A stretch of DNA of 64,000 nucleotides, taken from positions 186,001-250,000 of the forward strand of contig NIVC01001546.1 of NCBI GenBank assembly GCA_002269645.1. The letters run 5' to 3'. This stretch comes from Macrostomum lignano. Lineage: Eukaryota. Below are positions 30,859-45,198 of the stretch, one piece after another. Made by a program: the position numbers and the translations under genes. The notes below the pieces were generated by a model, which saw nothing but the letters and a program-made list of their open reading frames with translations, was not told the DNA's origin and did not search any database. Every line of letters begins with the position of its first letter. Positions within the stretch are counted from its first letter, which is position 1.

Positions 30859-33326
30859 TACATGACTAAATTCCTACATTTCCATTATTTTGAGAATCGT
30901 GTTGTCAGCCCTCATTTTGGCGCTTCAGACACTCATTTTAGCGCCTCAGGCACTCATTTTAGCGCCTCAGGCACTCATTTTGGCGCCTCAGGCACTCATT
31001 TTGGCGCCTCAGGCACTCATTTTGGCGCCTCAGGCACTCATTTTGGCGCCTCAGGCACTCATTTTAGCGCCTCAGGCACTCATTTTAGCGCCTCAGGCAG
31101 TCATTTTAGCGCCTCATGCACTCATTTTGGCGCCTCAGGCACTCATTTTAGCGCCTCAGGCACTCATTTTAGCGCCTCAGGCACTCATTTTAGCGCCTCA
31201 GGCACTCATTTTGGCGCTTTAGGCACTCATTTTAGCGCTACAGGCACTCATTTTAGCGCCTCAGGCACTCATTTTAGCGCCTCAGGCACTCATTTTGGCG
31301 CCTCAGGCACTCATTTTGGCGCCTCAGGCACTCATTTTGGCGCCTCAGGCACTCATTTTGGCGCCTCAGGCACTCATTTTAGCGCCTCAGGCACTCATTT
31401 TAGCGCCTCAGGCAGTCATTTTAGCGCCTCATGCACTCATTTTGGCGCCTCAGGCACTCATTTTAGCGCCTCAGGCACTCATTTTGGCGCTTTAGGCACT
31501 CATTTTAGCGCCGCAGGCACTCATTTTAGCGCCGTAGGCACTCATTTTAGCGCCTCAGGCACTCATTTTAGCGCCTCATGCACTCATTTTGGCGCCTCAG
31601 GCACTCATTTTAGCGCCTCAGGCACTCATTTTAGCGCCTCAGGCACTCATTTTAGCGCCTCAGGCACTCATTTTGGCGCTTTAGGCACTCATTTTAGCGC
31701 TACAGGCACTCATTTTAGCGCCGTAGGCACTCATTTTAGCGCCTCAGGCACTCATTTTGGCGCTTTAGGCACTCATTTTAGCGCCGCAGGCACTCATTTT
31801 AGCGCCTCAGGCACTCATTTTAGCGCCTCAGGCACTCATTTTAGCGCCTCATGCACTCATTTTGGCACCTCAGGCACTCATTTTAGCGCCTCAGGCACTC
31901 ATTTTAGCGCCTCAGGCACTCATTTTGGCGCTTTAGGCACTCATTTTAGCGCTACAGGCACTCATTTTAGCGCCGTAGGCACTCATTTTGGCGCTTTAGG
32001 CACTCATTTTAGCGCTACAGGCACTCATTTTAGCGCCGTAGGCACTCATTTTAGCGCCGTAGGCACTCATTTTAGCGCCGTAGGCACTCATTTTAGCGCC
32101 GCAGGCACTCATTTTAGCGCCGTAGGCACTCATTTTAGCGCCGCAGGCACTCATTTTAGCGCCGCAGGCACTCATTTTAGCGCCACAGGCACTCATTTTA
32201 GCGCCGCAGGCACTCATTTTAGCGCCTCAGGCAGTCATTTTAGCGCCTCAGGCACTCATTTTAGCGCCTCAGGCAGTCATTTTAGCGCCTCATGCACTCA
32301 TTTTGGCGCCTCAGGCACTCATTTTAGCGCCTCAGGCACTCATTTTAGCGCCTCAGGCACTTATTTTAGCGCCTCAGGCACTCATTTTGGCGCTTTAGGC
32401 ACTCATTTTAGCGCTACAGGCACTCATTTTAGCGCCGTAGGCACTCATTTTAGCGCCTCAGGCACTCATTTTGGCGCTTTAGGCACTCATTTTAGCGCCG
32501 CAGGCACTCATTTTAGCGCCGTAGGCACTCATTTTAGCGCCTCAGGCACTCATTTTAGCGCCTCATGCACTCATTTTGGCACCTCAGGCACTCATTTTAG
32601 CGCCGTAGGCACTCATTTTAGCGCCTCAGGCACTCATTTTAGCGCCTCAGGCACTCATTTTGGCGCTTTAGGCACTCATTTTAGCGCTACAGGCACTCAT
32701 TTTGGCGCCGTAGGCACTCATTTTAGCGCCTCAGGCACTCATTTTGGCGCTTTAGGCACTCATTTTAGCGCCGCAGGCACTCATTTTAGCGCCGTAGGCA
32801 CTCATTTTAGCGCCTCAGGCACTCATTTTAGCGCCTCATGCACTCATTTTGGCACCTCAGGCACTCATTTTAGTGCCTCAGGCACTCATTTTAGCGCCTC
32901 AGGCACTCATTTTGGCGCTTTAGGCACTCATTTTAGCGCTACAGGCACTCATTTTAGCGCCGTAGGCACTCATTTTGGCGCTTTAGGCACTCATTTTAGC
33001 GCTACAGGCACTCATTTTAGCGCCGTAGGCACTCATTTTAGCGCCGTAGGCACTCATTTTAGCGCCTCAGGCACTCATTTTAGCGCCGTAGGCACTCATT
33101 TTAGCGCCGCAGGCACTCATTTTAGCGCCGCAGGCACTCATTTTAGCGCCACAGGCACTCATTTTAGCGCCGCAGGCACTCATTTTAGCGCCGCAGGCAC
33201 TCATTTTAGCGCCGCAGGCACTCATTTTAGCGCCGCAGGCACTCATTTTAGCGCCGCAGGCACTCATTTTAGCGCCGCAGGCACTCATTTTAGCGCCCTG
33301 AAGAAAAATTATTGATTTCCATAACG
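30859..33326 (+). repeat. 21-bp minisatellite cassette, locus 2 (array ~30908-33298, ~114 units)
   Basis: Directly visible; flanks shared with locus 1. Confidence 0.96.
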
Positions 33327-33629
33327 TTTAAGTTTAGGTTTAAGTTTCATTAAGTTTCATTTGTAAACATTTTGAAATTTGTGTGTTTTAGGCTACAGCG
33401 AACTTCAGAGCCATCAAGGATTCAGTTATCTGCGGTATAGCAACCAAAGAGAGGAAAATCCTTTGAAAATTGATCAAACTGTCAGAAACAAAAATGCAGT
33501 GAAAAGATTTTGTTCAAAGATCTTTTCTTGCGTTGCTTGTCGGAAAAAAAGGAAATTGGCAAGTCATGCACATTCTGAACCCTGAGCAGGCCCACGCGCA
33601 CTCACACTGGGTGCCCAGAGGGCCTGTCC

Positions 33630-33670
<41 letters not shown>

Positions 33671-35470
33671 GGAATTCAACCTTCAATTTGCTATCAAGTG
33701 GTGCAGTTGAGGCATAAGTAAGCTGAGCTAGAATAGTGTAGTGGCTGACGCTACTCAGCCAGCCCGCCTGTCAGCAGCTCAACTTCGCTCCAGCTCCCAT
33801 GGGATCTCAATGGCCAAGCGGTCGGCAGGGGGGTAGCGGCTGCCAATTAGAGCAGTATTTTTAATCTGCTCTTCATGAAGAGAAGGGAGAGTGAGAGGAC
33901 AGAGAATGGGCGAGAATGAGACTTGGCCTCTCGGTGAGAGAGAGTTAAAAAAGTGCAAGCGTGGCAAAAAATCAATAGCCCGATTGCTTGGCATGCGGTG
34001 TACTGCCAGGCTCATGGAAATTTGCGATTTTTTTCTCTCAGTCAAGTTTCAAACACGACGTAACTACTGTACATGCCAGATTCTTGAGAAACTAACGATA
34101 ATACCTAATTCTATAGCTAATCATAAATCCAGTACTGACTCCAACCAGTTGCCATCGAACTATATCATAATCATAATCATAATCTATCCTAGTTATTCCT
34201 AACACTAATCTTTATCTAACTCCAAATCGTATTCCTAATACCAGTCTGGTTCCTAATCCTAATCCCAATATAGGCTCTGACTTATACCTTATAGTGGCTC
34301 ATAAAATACTTGTAATTAATATCAAAAGCCAACCATAAATTTTGGTCTTGCCCATAGACATATAGACACTGTCGGTAAAACTGCAACCAAGTTGATAAGT
34401 TTGGCCATAGACATCAGCACTAAGAAGGCTGATCAACTGGCTAATCTCCATTTGCTGCAACAGCAGCCACTCTCGGCCATAGACAATAAAGTCAATCGAG
34501 TTGATAAAATCCCAATCAAGTTGACAGCTCAAGCTTGACAGCAGTTTAAGACGGTCCTGTCTGGCTGAAAGTCAAAATACAAGCGATTACTGCAGGCGGC
34601 TTGTGGACATCCGGGTGCAACACCTTGGGTGACGTCCACCCCCCCCCCATTCCCACAACCAGGCACAACCAGTGCACAGCAGCCCTGACTTTCTATAGTC
34701 TGGCATGTACACCCTCTGTGCCTTGGGGGTTGGGCCCTGAATGGCACGACAGCCCACCGGCCAAGCTAGTGTTTTAGTAGTCCCTGGATCATACCAATCA
34801 AATTTCAATTTTTCCCCTGAATAACAAGGAGTCAGATACAAAACTCAGTTTTAGATCTACACTATAATATATAATCCTAATCTCTCTTATCGATAAAAAA
34901 TTCAAGTAAAACTTAAAAATACCAATTGAAGTCGTATTTCTAATTGTGCGTACCTTAGTACTACCGTCACATATGCTGGAAAACTGAAGTCCATGAAACA
35001 AGGACAACATGCTCTCTGATCGGGCTACATTACTGCTCAATTTATTTCAGCTTGAGCTGAAACCATCTCTCATCCATCCCCTTCTCCCTCTTTCTCCATC
35101 TCGCGAGACCAGTCAAGCAAACTCTCTGTGCACGCGACAGACACGAACTTTGGAGGTAAATCGAGGAGCCTCTGAGGGCCCCGGTGCAGTACAACAGGGG
35201 AAAATGTTTTTTTGCATCCCATTTTCCTGGCATTTTTCTGCTCGGCTTCACTCGCTCAGACTTGCTCTTGTTAAACCGAAAGCAATGGATGCGAATGTCT
35301 TTAAGCTGCCGCTTGGCCAAGTGAAAAGCAGGTAAACCCAGTTGGAAAACTGCTCTTTTCTGGGGACAACACGACTGCCAAGGCTGTGTTAATAATTCAC
35401 GATGACTGATAGCCCTGCTGCCATGATGATGCACATGGTGGCCAGTGTGGGAGGAACTGACGCTTCTAGC

Positions 35471-35977
<507 letters not shown>

Positions 35978-37209
35978 GAAAAATTTATTTCTATCAAAAG
36001 CTAGACAGCTAGAAGGCACTTCAAGCCTTAGACGTGTTTGCAGCCAACTTTGAGGGAATTTCGCTTATTTTCCTGTTCCTAGCAAACAGGAAATCTATTT
36101 ATGATAACTGAATTGGGGAATGACATTTTGTTGCTCCAAGCTTTCTCGATACTTCTCAAACAGGCAGAGAGCTGCTCCAACAGTACTGTACACGATCAGA
36201 TCTGGTAACGCAATATTTCTACTGCATTTACGAGCTACGCACCTCTCTGCCTATTTCTATCCCTTTAAAATTGGAATTGCTTTTAACGCTAAAATTGAAT
36301 GAGAGGATGACTGTTTTAGGAAGAGTATAGCATTAGCTAAGGAGATGAGATGATATGAGAATTGAAATAATAAGCCAGAGCGTCTGTACTGTACATAAGT
36401 ATGGAATCGAGAGAGGTGACTCTGTCTTGCGCTAAAATTAGAATGTTTTTTCAGTTCTTAAGCTCGTAGCTGAAGTGCATTTTTCGCTTTTTTTTCAAAT
36501 CACGATTCAGTTTGAGGGGAATCAAGGTCAGTAGAGGAGCTAATTTTGAGTAGGTGAGACTTAACGCTGGAGTCACCTCTTGCGAGCCTGAGCTGATGCA
36601 GGCACTTTTACTTCAACGCTGATTTATCTCTGGTAATTGAAAAGTGTAATTTTTCACACATTAGCGGCACAAACCCAGTGACCAGACCTTTTGAATTTGT
36701 GAAGCAGACGCAGACTCGATGACCCCAGAAGGCATGGTGGAAGCCCTAATTAAAACAAAATCGAATTATTCTGGCAATTTTTTCACTGTGAATTTTTTTA
36801 AATGCCCAAAGCATCTGAACTGTCAGCTGATGCCGACTTGCTGCTTCAAATTTGTTGGTCAAGAATTGGATTAGGACTAATAGGGAGAAAAATCGAGGAT
36901 TAAACTCCAGGGAGCCTGTGAGGACAGCTGAAAGTTCAATCATTAAATATTTAGCCTACCAGCAATGGTGATGAGCCAATAGGAACAAAAGCGTGAAATG
37001 ACACAACTGAGCGGAACGGTTTGAGGAAGAGGAAGGGAGGAAGGGCCCCGCGCGGATCCCATAAATGCTGCATGAGGCTCCCATGCATTGCTCTACGAAC
37101 TACAAGCAGCCGTAGCTCATCACCAGCTGTACAGAATCGACAGAAAGAATGATGCCCGAAAAATGCAGGGTTAAAAAATGAGTGCACATACATGTAGAGT
37201 TACAGTTTG

Positions 37210-37943
37210 TAATATAGCATTTTTCAAGCCAATTGAGCCTAGGAGCAAGCAATTTAATCCTTAGTGGGAAAATCAAGCTATTGAAGACTTGCTTTCATCG
37301 TCTATGGCCCGAAAGGGGGTCTATGGAGCAACCAATTTGAGAATCTGGGCGCGCAATTAATCCTTTTCACAGTGCTCGTATATCCTTCACGAATAACTTC
37401 ACTGAAAAACGTCTGCAAATAGATGGCATATCAAAAAACGATTGACATTAGCACTTTGATTTCAGAGAAACCAATCAAAACAGGCCCGTGATTTCATAGC
37501 GACGCCTGATAGAATACACAGCTTTTCTCTTTACGTCCAGCCATCGCGAAATGTGCTCAGCACTATCACCTCTCTCGATGGCAGCGACAATCAGGTCGTA
37601 CTTTTCATTGCTTATCTTGCGATAGGGTTCTTGCCCTGCAGGAATCTGCTCATCCACTGCATCTTGTGCTGTAGCAAAACTTTCGTCACTGCATGCTCTG
37701 CTCGCTAAATTCTTCGTCTGCCATATCCATGTTTGTCTAATGAAATCTGCTGTTTTCTATGGTTTAAGGCCTGCACAACTATGGAAAGGATTGATTGCGC
37801 GCCCAGATTCTCAAATTGGTTGCTCCATAGACCCCCCTTTCGGGCCATAGACGATGAAGAGCAAGTCTTCAATAGGTTGGTTTTCCCACTAAGGATTAAA
37901 TTGCTTGCTCCTAGGCTCAATTGGCTTGAAAAATGCTATATTA
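37210..37943 (-). mobile_element. Non-autonomous Tc1/mariner-like element, copy 2
   Basis: Same TIRs. ORF remnant at 37475-37730 has GAA where copy 1 has TAA, but carries a 4-bp insertion (~37691-37694) that shifts the frame. Confidence 0.78.
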
Positions 37944-38659
37944 CGAGTATTACATGCGTTAACCACTGGAAAAGAAATCAATTATTTTAGAACGGATTTT
38001 GCTCGATCGAATTCGTCTATGGCAAAACCCCTTCCGGCGCTATGCGTTCGCAAGAGATCATACTGAATTTCTAAGAAAATCGAGCGCAGTTTCCTTTTAC
38101 TAATAGTTGTCGGTTACGCAAATTTTAGTAAATAAAATAACACATGGAATTTACCGTTTGCTTCGATGTTGCTAATGTCAATGAAAATTTAACGAATCGA
38201 CGATGGACGGTTGAAATGAAAAAAAACTGGTTTCAATTGCTTCCAACTATTGCTGTGTTCGCGCACATTATATATATGGAGAGAGCGGTTGGGACTGTAA
38301 AATCCTCCCAGTGATATAGGGCGTAGAAATAGAGTAAGAGATCCCATAGGAGAAGAGGGGAAAATGGGGCTGGAAGCCAAGGAACGCCATTGGTGGACAA
38401 TCATAGCGTGTAGGGACTTTACGTCTGGATTTGGAATCCTTTCCTTCGTTTTAACGGTTCTATACCCTAAATTTTTTTATAACTCAGCACAGCCACGAAA
38501 TAACCCTCAACGAAACTTGTGAATTTTTATCGGAATTCTGCTATATAAGTCTTAAAGACACTGTAAAGTGCTTGATGCTTCACAGGTGTAATGCACTTTT
38601 AGATGATTGGTCACTTTGTGGTGTCAAATTTGGTCCATATCTTCCAACAATTCAACATG

Positions 38660-39259
38660 TACATGACTAAATTCCTACATTTCCATTATTTTGAGAATCG
38701 TGTTGTCAGCCCTCATTTTGGCGCTTCAGACACTCATTTTAGCGCTGCAGGCACTCATTTTGGCGCCGCAGGCACTCATTTTAGCGCCCCAGGCACTCAT
38801 TTTAGCGCTGCAGGCACTCATTTTGGCGCCGCAGGCACTCATTTTAGCGCCTCAGGCACTCATTTTAGCGCCTCAGGCACTCATTTTGGCGCCTCAGGCA
38901 CTCATTTTGGCGCCTCAGGCACTCATTTTGGCGCCTCAGGCACTCATTTTGGCGCCTCAGGCACTCATTTTAGCGCCTCAGGCACTCATTTTAGCGCCTC
39001 AGGCACTCATTTTAGCGCCTCATGCACTCATTTTGGCGCCTCAGGCACTCATTTTAGCGCCTCAGGCACTCATTTTAGCGCCTCAGGCACTCATTTTAGC
39101 GCCTCAGGCACTCATTTTGGCGCTACAGGCACTCATTTTAGCGCTACAGGCACTCATTTTAGCGCCGTAGGCACTCATTTTAGCGCCTCAGGCACTCATT
39201 TTGGCGCTTTTTTTTTTTCCTTTTTTTTTCCTGAAGAAAAATTATTGATTTCCATAACG
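38660..39259 (+). repeat. 21-bp minisatellite cassette, locus 3 (array ~38709-39210, ~24 units)
   Basis: Directly visible; paralogue of locus 2 within the duplication. Confidence 0.96.
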
Positions 39260-40554
39260 TTTAAGTTTAGGTTTAAGTTTCATTAAGTTTCATTTGTAAA
39301 CATTTTGAAATTTGTGTGTTTTAGGCTACAGCGAACTTCAGAGCCATCAAGGATTCAGTTATCTGCGGTATAGCAACCAAAGAGAGGAAAATCCTTTGAA
39401 AATTGATCAAACTGTCAGAAACAAAAATGCAGTGAACAGATTTTGTTCAAAGATCGTTGCTTGTCGGAAAAAAAGGAAATTGGCAAGTCATGCACATTCT
39501 GAACCCTGAGCAGGCCCACACGCACTCACACTGGGTGTCCAGAGGGCCTGTCCAGACAGACAGATAGGATCAGACAGTTTAAAATCAAAGAATTGGTAGG
39601 TGGGGGTGGGGGCTGTTTTACGGCTCTTGGAAGAGCTGCGGACCCTGACGGGCGTACAAGAGGTCGTCTCTAGTTGACCCCATGGGCAAGTGGGGGCGAA
39701 GGAATCCTATGGCATTTCTTAGAAAGGAACTGGAAAAGAGAGAGACGAAGGGAGCGGGACAGGCGAGAAGGAAACCGGCCTGTCGGTCTCTTTTTAACTG
39801 CACCCACGAGACGGTTGGAGAGGCTCGGTGTGAACCGAAGCACTTGGAGCACAATGTCAACACGAGTGTCGCCCCCGGATTCCCCGGGCCTGCCAGCCTC
39901 CAAATCTCTTCTCTACTTTTCCCTCGCCCGATCCTCTCCCCTTCATCAGCGGCTCCCATGCTATAGTCCTATTCCCTAGTTTTCAGTTAAGCCTCCAGCG
40001 GTCTATTTTGCTTCTACCCTTGACCGCATCTTAATCCCAAATCCCAATTTGTAGGGCAACAGCCGAGATGCCTGGGCCCCCCTTCTTAACAGGAAGAAAA
40101 CATATACTCGGACAGAGTCCGGCCGCGCCGGTCTTATTCGCAACCCAGGCCCGGCTAGATTGGCTTCCTCTAGGAGTAAGTTCCAAAAACTTTTTTTGGA
40201 AGCAAGGAGACTGAGCAAGAGTGAGAGCGAGTATAGCAGAGATTTCTGAGTAATCTTCTACGGAGATCAGGCATATGCTTCCAAAGGGGAAATAAAGTGG
40301 CAAATTCTTGAAACACACACACCCGGCGGCTGCATCAATCTTAAGATTTTGCGGGTTGCTATTTTCTAGGGATTTAAGGCTGGGTTTGGCAGGGGCGGTT
40401 CGATAGTTGATTCCCAAATGTTTTGAGTCTCGTACTTCAGTCGCTATAGATTCCGTAGCTGTATGTTTGGTTATTAAAAACTGAATTTTTGCAATTATTC
40501 CGTAGAAATCTGTTTCTAGGAAAATAAATATCAGAGCGAGGGGTAGCCGGATCA

Positions 40555-41205
40555 AGAGCGGGTGACAGAGAGGGTGACAGAGCGGGTGACAGAGCGGGTG
40601 ACAGAGCGGGTGACAGAGCGGAGCAAAAGCGGGTGACAGAGCGGGTGACAGAGCGGAGCAAAAGCGGGTGACAGAGCGGAGCAAAAGCGGGTGACAGAGC
40701 GGAGTAAAAGCGGGTGACAGAGCGGGTGACAGAGCGGAGCAAAAGCGGGTGACAGAGCGGAGCAAAAGCGGGTGACAGAGCGGAGTAAAAGCGGGTGACA
40801 GAGCGGAGCAAGAGCGGGTGACAGAGCGGGTGACAGAGCGGAGCAAAAGCGGGTGACAGAGCGGAGCAAAAGCGGGTGACAGAGCGGAGTAAAAGCGGGT
40901 GACAGAGCGGGTGACAGAGCGGAGCAAAAGCGGGTGACAGAGCGGAGTAAAAGCGGGTGACAGAGCGGGTGACAGAGCGGAGCAAAAGCGGGTGACAGAG
41001 CGGAGCAAAAGCGGGTGACAGAGCGGAGTAAAAGCGGGTGACAGAGCGGAGCAAAAGCGGGTGACAGAGCGGGTGACAGAGCGGAGCAAAAGCGGGTGAC
41101 AGAGCGGAGCAAAAGCGGGTGACAGAGCGGAGTAAAAGCGGGTGACAGAGCGGAGCAAAAGCGGGTGACAGAGCGGGGCAAAAGCGGGTGACAGCAGGGG
41201 TGACA
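40555..41205. repeat. Composite 12/23-bp minisatellite (AGCGGGTGACAG / AGCGGGTGACAGAGCGGAGCAAA)
   Basis: Directly visible. Confidence 0.95.
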
Positions 41206-41959
41206 GGGAACATAGAGCGGAGTTCAAAGTCAAGACTGCCTAAACTTGTCTAAAAAACAGTCGGCAACGACTCTGCACGCCCGCAGGATTAAGAAGGCAC
41301 AGCAAGGGCGAACAGAACTGGTCCAATTCCATTCAGATTAAACCCGAAAAGAACTCTACGCCGGCAGAGATTAGTGGATGCGGAGGGGATTATCCGCCAA
41401 GACAAAGTTGACAGCAGCTCATTAAGAGTCGTGACAGTCGTGGAGCATTGGACTAAGCGACTGCCAAAAAGTTTACAGTTACCATGGCAGTCTTGTCCAC
41501 ACGAAACCAACAGAGTTAGGAATGGCTGGAACTGGCCGCAGAAACTAAAAGACAATCAACTGCAGCAAAGCTGCTGTCAAGGGCGCTAAGCCACCCAATG
41601 CTGCAGTTGCTCCGAAGGATTCATGCAGCCAGCGGGAAGAGTTGCATCGTGCAACAAAGACTTCTCCGTCAGTTTGTGCAACTAAGCTATCAGTGCATCA
41701 ATCCAACACAGCTCGGGAGCTGAGCATTCCAGCTGCACTGGAGCTTCCGTTCTCTTGCTAGGGGAAAGAGAGACAGGAACGAACGATTCCAGATGCGCAT
41801 GTTGCTGAGCCACTGAAGGAAAATCAATGAAAATTCTATTTAGTCCGCGGAACGCATGGGAAAAGAACAGATCCTCTGCCTTGGCTACTAAAGACACGTC
41901 TGGAAAATCATTCGCCTCATGTCTGGATTGTGTCTTTAGTGTCCGTCTAAATGTGCATT

Positions 41960-42917
41960 TAGTGTCTGTCTCGTGTCTTTAGTGTCTGTCTCAGTGAGTC
42001 TTCAGTGTCTGTCTTAATGAGTCTTCAGTGTCTGTCTCAGTGAGTCTTCAGTGTCTGTCTCAGTGAGTCTTCAGTGTCTGTCTTAATGAGTCTTCAGTGT
42101 CTGTCTCAGTGACCCTTCAGTGTCTGTCTTAATGAGTCTTCAGTGTCTGTCTTAATGAGTCTTCAGTGTCTGTCTTAATGAGTCTTCAGTGTCTGTCTTA
42201 ATGAGTCTTCAGTGTCTGTCTTAATGAGTCTTCAGTGTCTGTCTTAATGAGTCTTCAGTGTCTGTCTTAATGAGTCTTCAGTGTCTGTCTTAATGAGTCT
42301 TCAGTGTCTGTCTTAATGAGTCTTCAGTGTCTGTCTTAATGAGTCTTCAGTGTCTGTCTTAATGAGTCTTCAGTGTCTGTCTTAATGAGTCTTCAGTGTC
42401 TGTCTTAATGAGTCTTCAGTGTCTGTCTTAATGAGTCTTCAGTGTCTGTCTTAATGAGTCTTCAGTGTCTGTCTCAGTGACTCTTCAGTGTCTGTCTTAA
42501 TGAGTCTTCAGTGTCTGTCTCAGTGAGTCTTCAGTGTCTGTCTCAGTGACTCTTCAGTGTCTGTCTCAGTGAGTCTTCAGTGTCTGTCTCAGTAAGTCTT
42601 CAGTGTCTGTCTCAGTGAGTCTTCAGTGTCTGTTTCAGTGAGTCTTCAGTGTCTGTCTCAGTGAGTCTTCAGTGTCTGTCTCAGTGACTCTTCAGTGTCT
42701 GTCTCAGTGAGTCTTCAGTGTCTGTCTCAGTGAGTCTTCAGTGTCTGTCTCAGTAAGTCTTCAGTGTCTGTCTCAGTGAGTCTTCAGTGTCTGTTTCAGT
42801 GAGTCTTCAGTGTCTGTCTCAGTGAGTCTTCAGTGTCTGTCTCAGTGACTCTTCAGTGTCTGTCTCAGTGAGTCTTCAGTGTCTGTCTCAGTGAGTCTTC
42901 AGTGTCTGTCTCAGTGT
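41960..42917. repeat. 23-bp minisatellite (CAGTGTCTGTCTCAGTGAGTCTT / CAGTGTCTGTCTTAATGAGTCTT)
   Basis: Directly visible. Confidence 0.96.
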
Positions 42918-44210
42918 GTGCTTCAAGAGCGTAAAAAACTATTGGTGTAACGGCAAACAGTTCTATATACAAAAATCTCTACGAAAAACAAATTCGTTTA
43001 TAAATAAATTTTATATGGCCCAAGCATGTCAACGGAGAAGTTAGCTTTAAAGTATTCTATAGCGACTTCATGCATCGAATTTAGAAGAAGCAGTTACCTA
43101 TCAGCGACATGACTTGGTGCAGTTATTAGAAATCTGATCATGATCAGTTTTGGCTTCAAGGCCGACCCCATCCCCCGACTTTTAATGGGTCCAAGCATCC
43201 TAATTCATTATTATTCAGGGCAGCTACTCACCAAACATCATCTACATGTCAATCCACAAAAGCCTTCACTCTCTCTGCAGTCTAGCAAAATGAAAAAAAA
43301 TCGCCCCATCAGCTGGGACAACACTGATCTCGTTTCCTCTTAACCTCGGGAGTCGGGACATGAGTGCGCTGCATGGCGCTGGTCATTGGCCCCCCCCCCC
43401 GGACCTCATTGTCCTATTAGGTTTCTATATTGTTGAAATCTTGATTCAGTAGTTGCGTGATGGCAGACAGACAGGCAGACAGGAAGGCTTAATGTTGGGC
43501 AGATTGGGGCAATGAGAGACTATGAACTCGACATTGGTGAAATTGGGACTAGATAGACAAGAAATGATGAAATTTGAAACACCCACAGACAGGCAGACTG
43601 ACTGACAAAACAATTTGCATCTTTAAATATTGAATATTAAAATAAACAGAAATTTTATAGTTTAGTCAATTCCTTCCAGAGAACTTTATCTGCTTAGTTT
43701 TCTGTTTACATCTTTTACAAGTGTGGGCAACTGTCTATTTTAAAGTTTTTTCAGACTTTAAACAAATTTCACAATCTCATTCATTTTATAAAGATTACTT
43801 CATGCTTCATTTAGAAAGATCGCGAAACTCACTATGCTATTTGTAAGTAGGGTATGCAGTTAAATTTTGTATAAAAATTGAGGGCATTGATATTTATAAA
43901 CATTGGGGATTTATGAAATGCAATCGTTTTACCTGTAATGCCGCCTGTGATTGAATATGAGTATTGTTAGGATTTTCACACTAAACAAAATTCAATAAGC
44001 AAGTGAAAGTGTGACGCAGTCGAAAGCGGAATAGGGCCAGTGCAAGCTACAGGTGCTTATCAATGATTGGCTGATTAGTGTATATATACGGAACCAAGGT
44101 TAGATGCACAACAAAACGCTGTTTGGTGTTTCAATTTTATGTACTTCTGTGCAAAATTCGTGCAGGTAAAATCCGTAGTCTGCGCCAAAAATCTCATTTT
44201 CCAAGAAACA

Positions 44211-44747
44211 CTATTTGGCATCGCCGAACAGAGCCATCAGCTGTTTGACACGAGAACCGCCGCCAACCTGTAGGCCGATCGCGCCGCTTGCTGACGCGCT
44301 TCTCGACGTTTTCGCAGCCGCCGACATCTCCGACACGCAGCGGCGCCAGGCGGAATCCCGACGCTCCGTCGTTGTAGGTGTCACCGACATCGTCGACACA
44401 CTGCCGTTCGACGGTCGCCGACGCTCTGGGGTGCGACAGTCTCTGGCAGGAGCCGGTTGCAGCTGCACTGGTGGCACGTAGGCAAAAGGCGAAGTCTTGG
44501 CCAGGCGTAGGGAGATCTCGATCTCGGATTCCACCTGAGGCGTGGCGGCGTCGACTGTGCTATCCGATTCGTCGGCGGTTGTTGTCTTTGTCGAACGATC
44601 GGAATTGGAGCAGCTCGGGGCTGGCGTGGAGATCTCGGGTATTTTAGACAGCTCAGTGACCACCGTGCTGCCGTCCTCGCCAATGGAGAGCAGCTTTTGG
44701 CGATCGCAGTCAGCGGGTAGCGATTCGGGCAGCTGCTCCTCCTCCAC
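44211..44747 (-). CDS. Uncharacterised Ser/Ala/Pro-rich protein, exon 3 (terminal)
   Basis: Acceptor ...aaatccag|GTG GAG GAG at 44749-44748, phase 0. Encodes VEEEQLPES...GGGSRVKQLMALFGDAK*; GC-rich against AT-rich flanks. An alternative acceptor at 44810 leads to a different frame and looks less protein-like. Confidence 0.62.
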   Translation of the reverse strand: MEEEQLPESLPADCDRQKLLSIGEDGSTVVTELSKIPEISTPAPSCSNSDRSTKTTTADESDSTVDAATPQVESEIEISLRLAKTSPFAYVPPVQLQPAPARDCRTPERRRPSNGSVSTMSVTPTTTERRDSAWRRCVSEMSAAAKTSRSASASGAIGLQVGGGSRVKQLMALFGDAK

Positions 44748-44825
44748 CTGGATTTGACACATTTATTAGGATAGATGAAAAACCATGACGAGCTATTTTT
44801 CTGAGGCACCTGAAGGACTTAAAGC

Positions 44826-45125
44826 TAGTCTTCTACACACACTAAAACGATATTTTAAAATCTAAAGCTACTTTTGGGGGGGCTTCTGTAACATGTAGGT
44901 CCAGGCACCTCAAGAGGGACTCATAGCTAGTCAATATACTAAAATGATACTAAATATAAAGCCCCTTTTTTGGGGCTTCTATAGAGGGCACCTCAAGAGG
45001 GACTTACAACTAGTCTACACACACTAAAACGATATTAAAATCTAAAGCTACTTTTTGGGGGGCTTCTGTAACATGTAGGTCCAGGCACCTCAAGAGGGAC
45101 TCATAGCTAGTCCATATATACTAAA
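44826..45125. repeat. A-B-A' tandem repeat of a ~90-105-bp unit in intron 2 of the uncharacterised gene
   Basis: CTACACACACTAAAACGATATT...GGCACCTCAAGAGGGACTCATAGCTAGTC occurs twice, with a diverged copy between. Confidence 0.85.
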
Positions 45126-45198
45126 TTTACAAGCACTATTCGGATACTAAAATACTATGCAAATAATACAGATTAGATCTTTTCATTTCATTGCGCAC

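Noticed and set aside
30802-33315. 837-aa GTHFSA-repeat ORF (and 227 aa at 38603, 248 aa at 8954)
   Set aside because: The 21-bp unit is stop-free in this frame. At locus 1 the shared leader is out of frame with the array (extra base, early TAG) and the array has an internal frameshift, so the ORF is not conserved.
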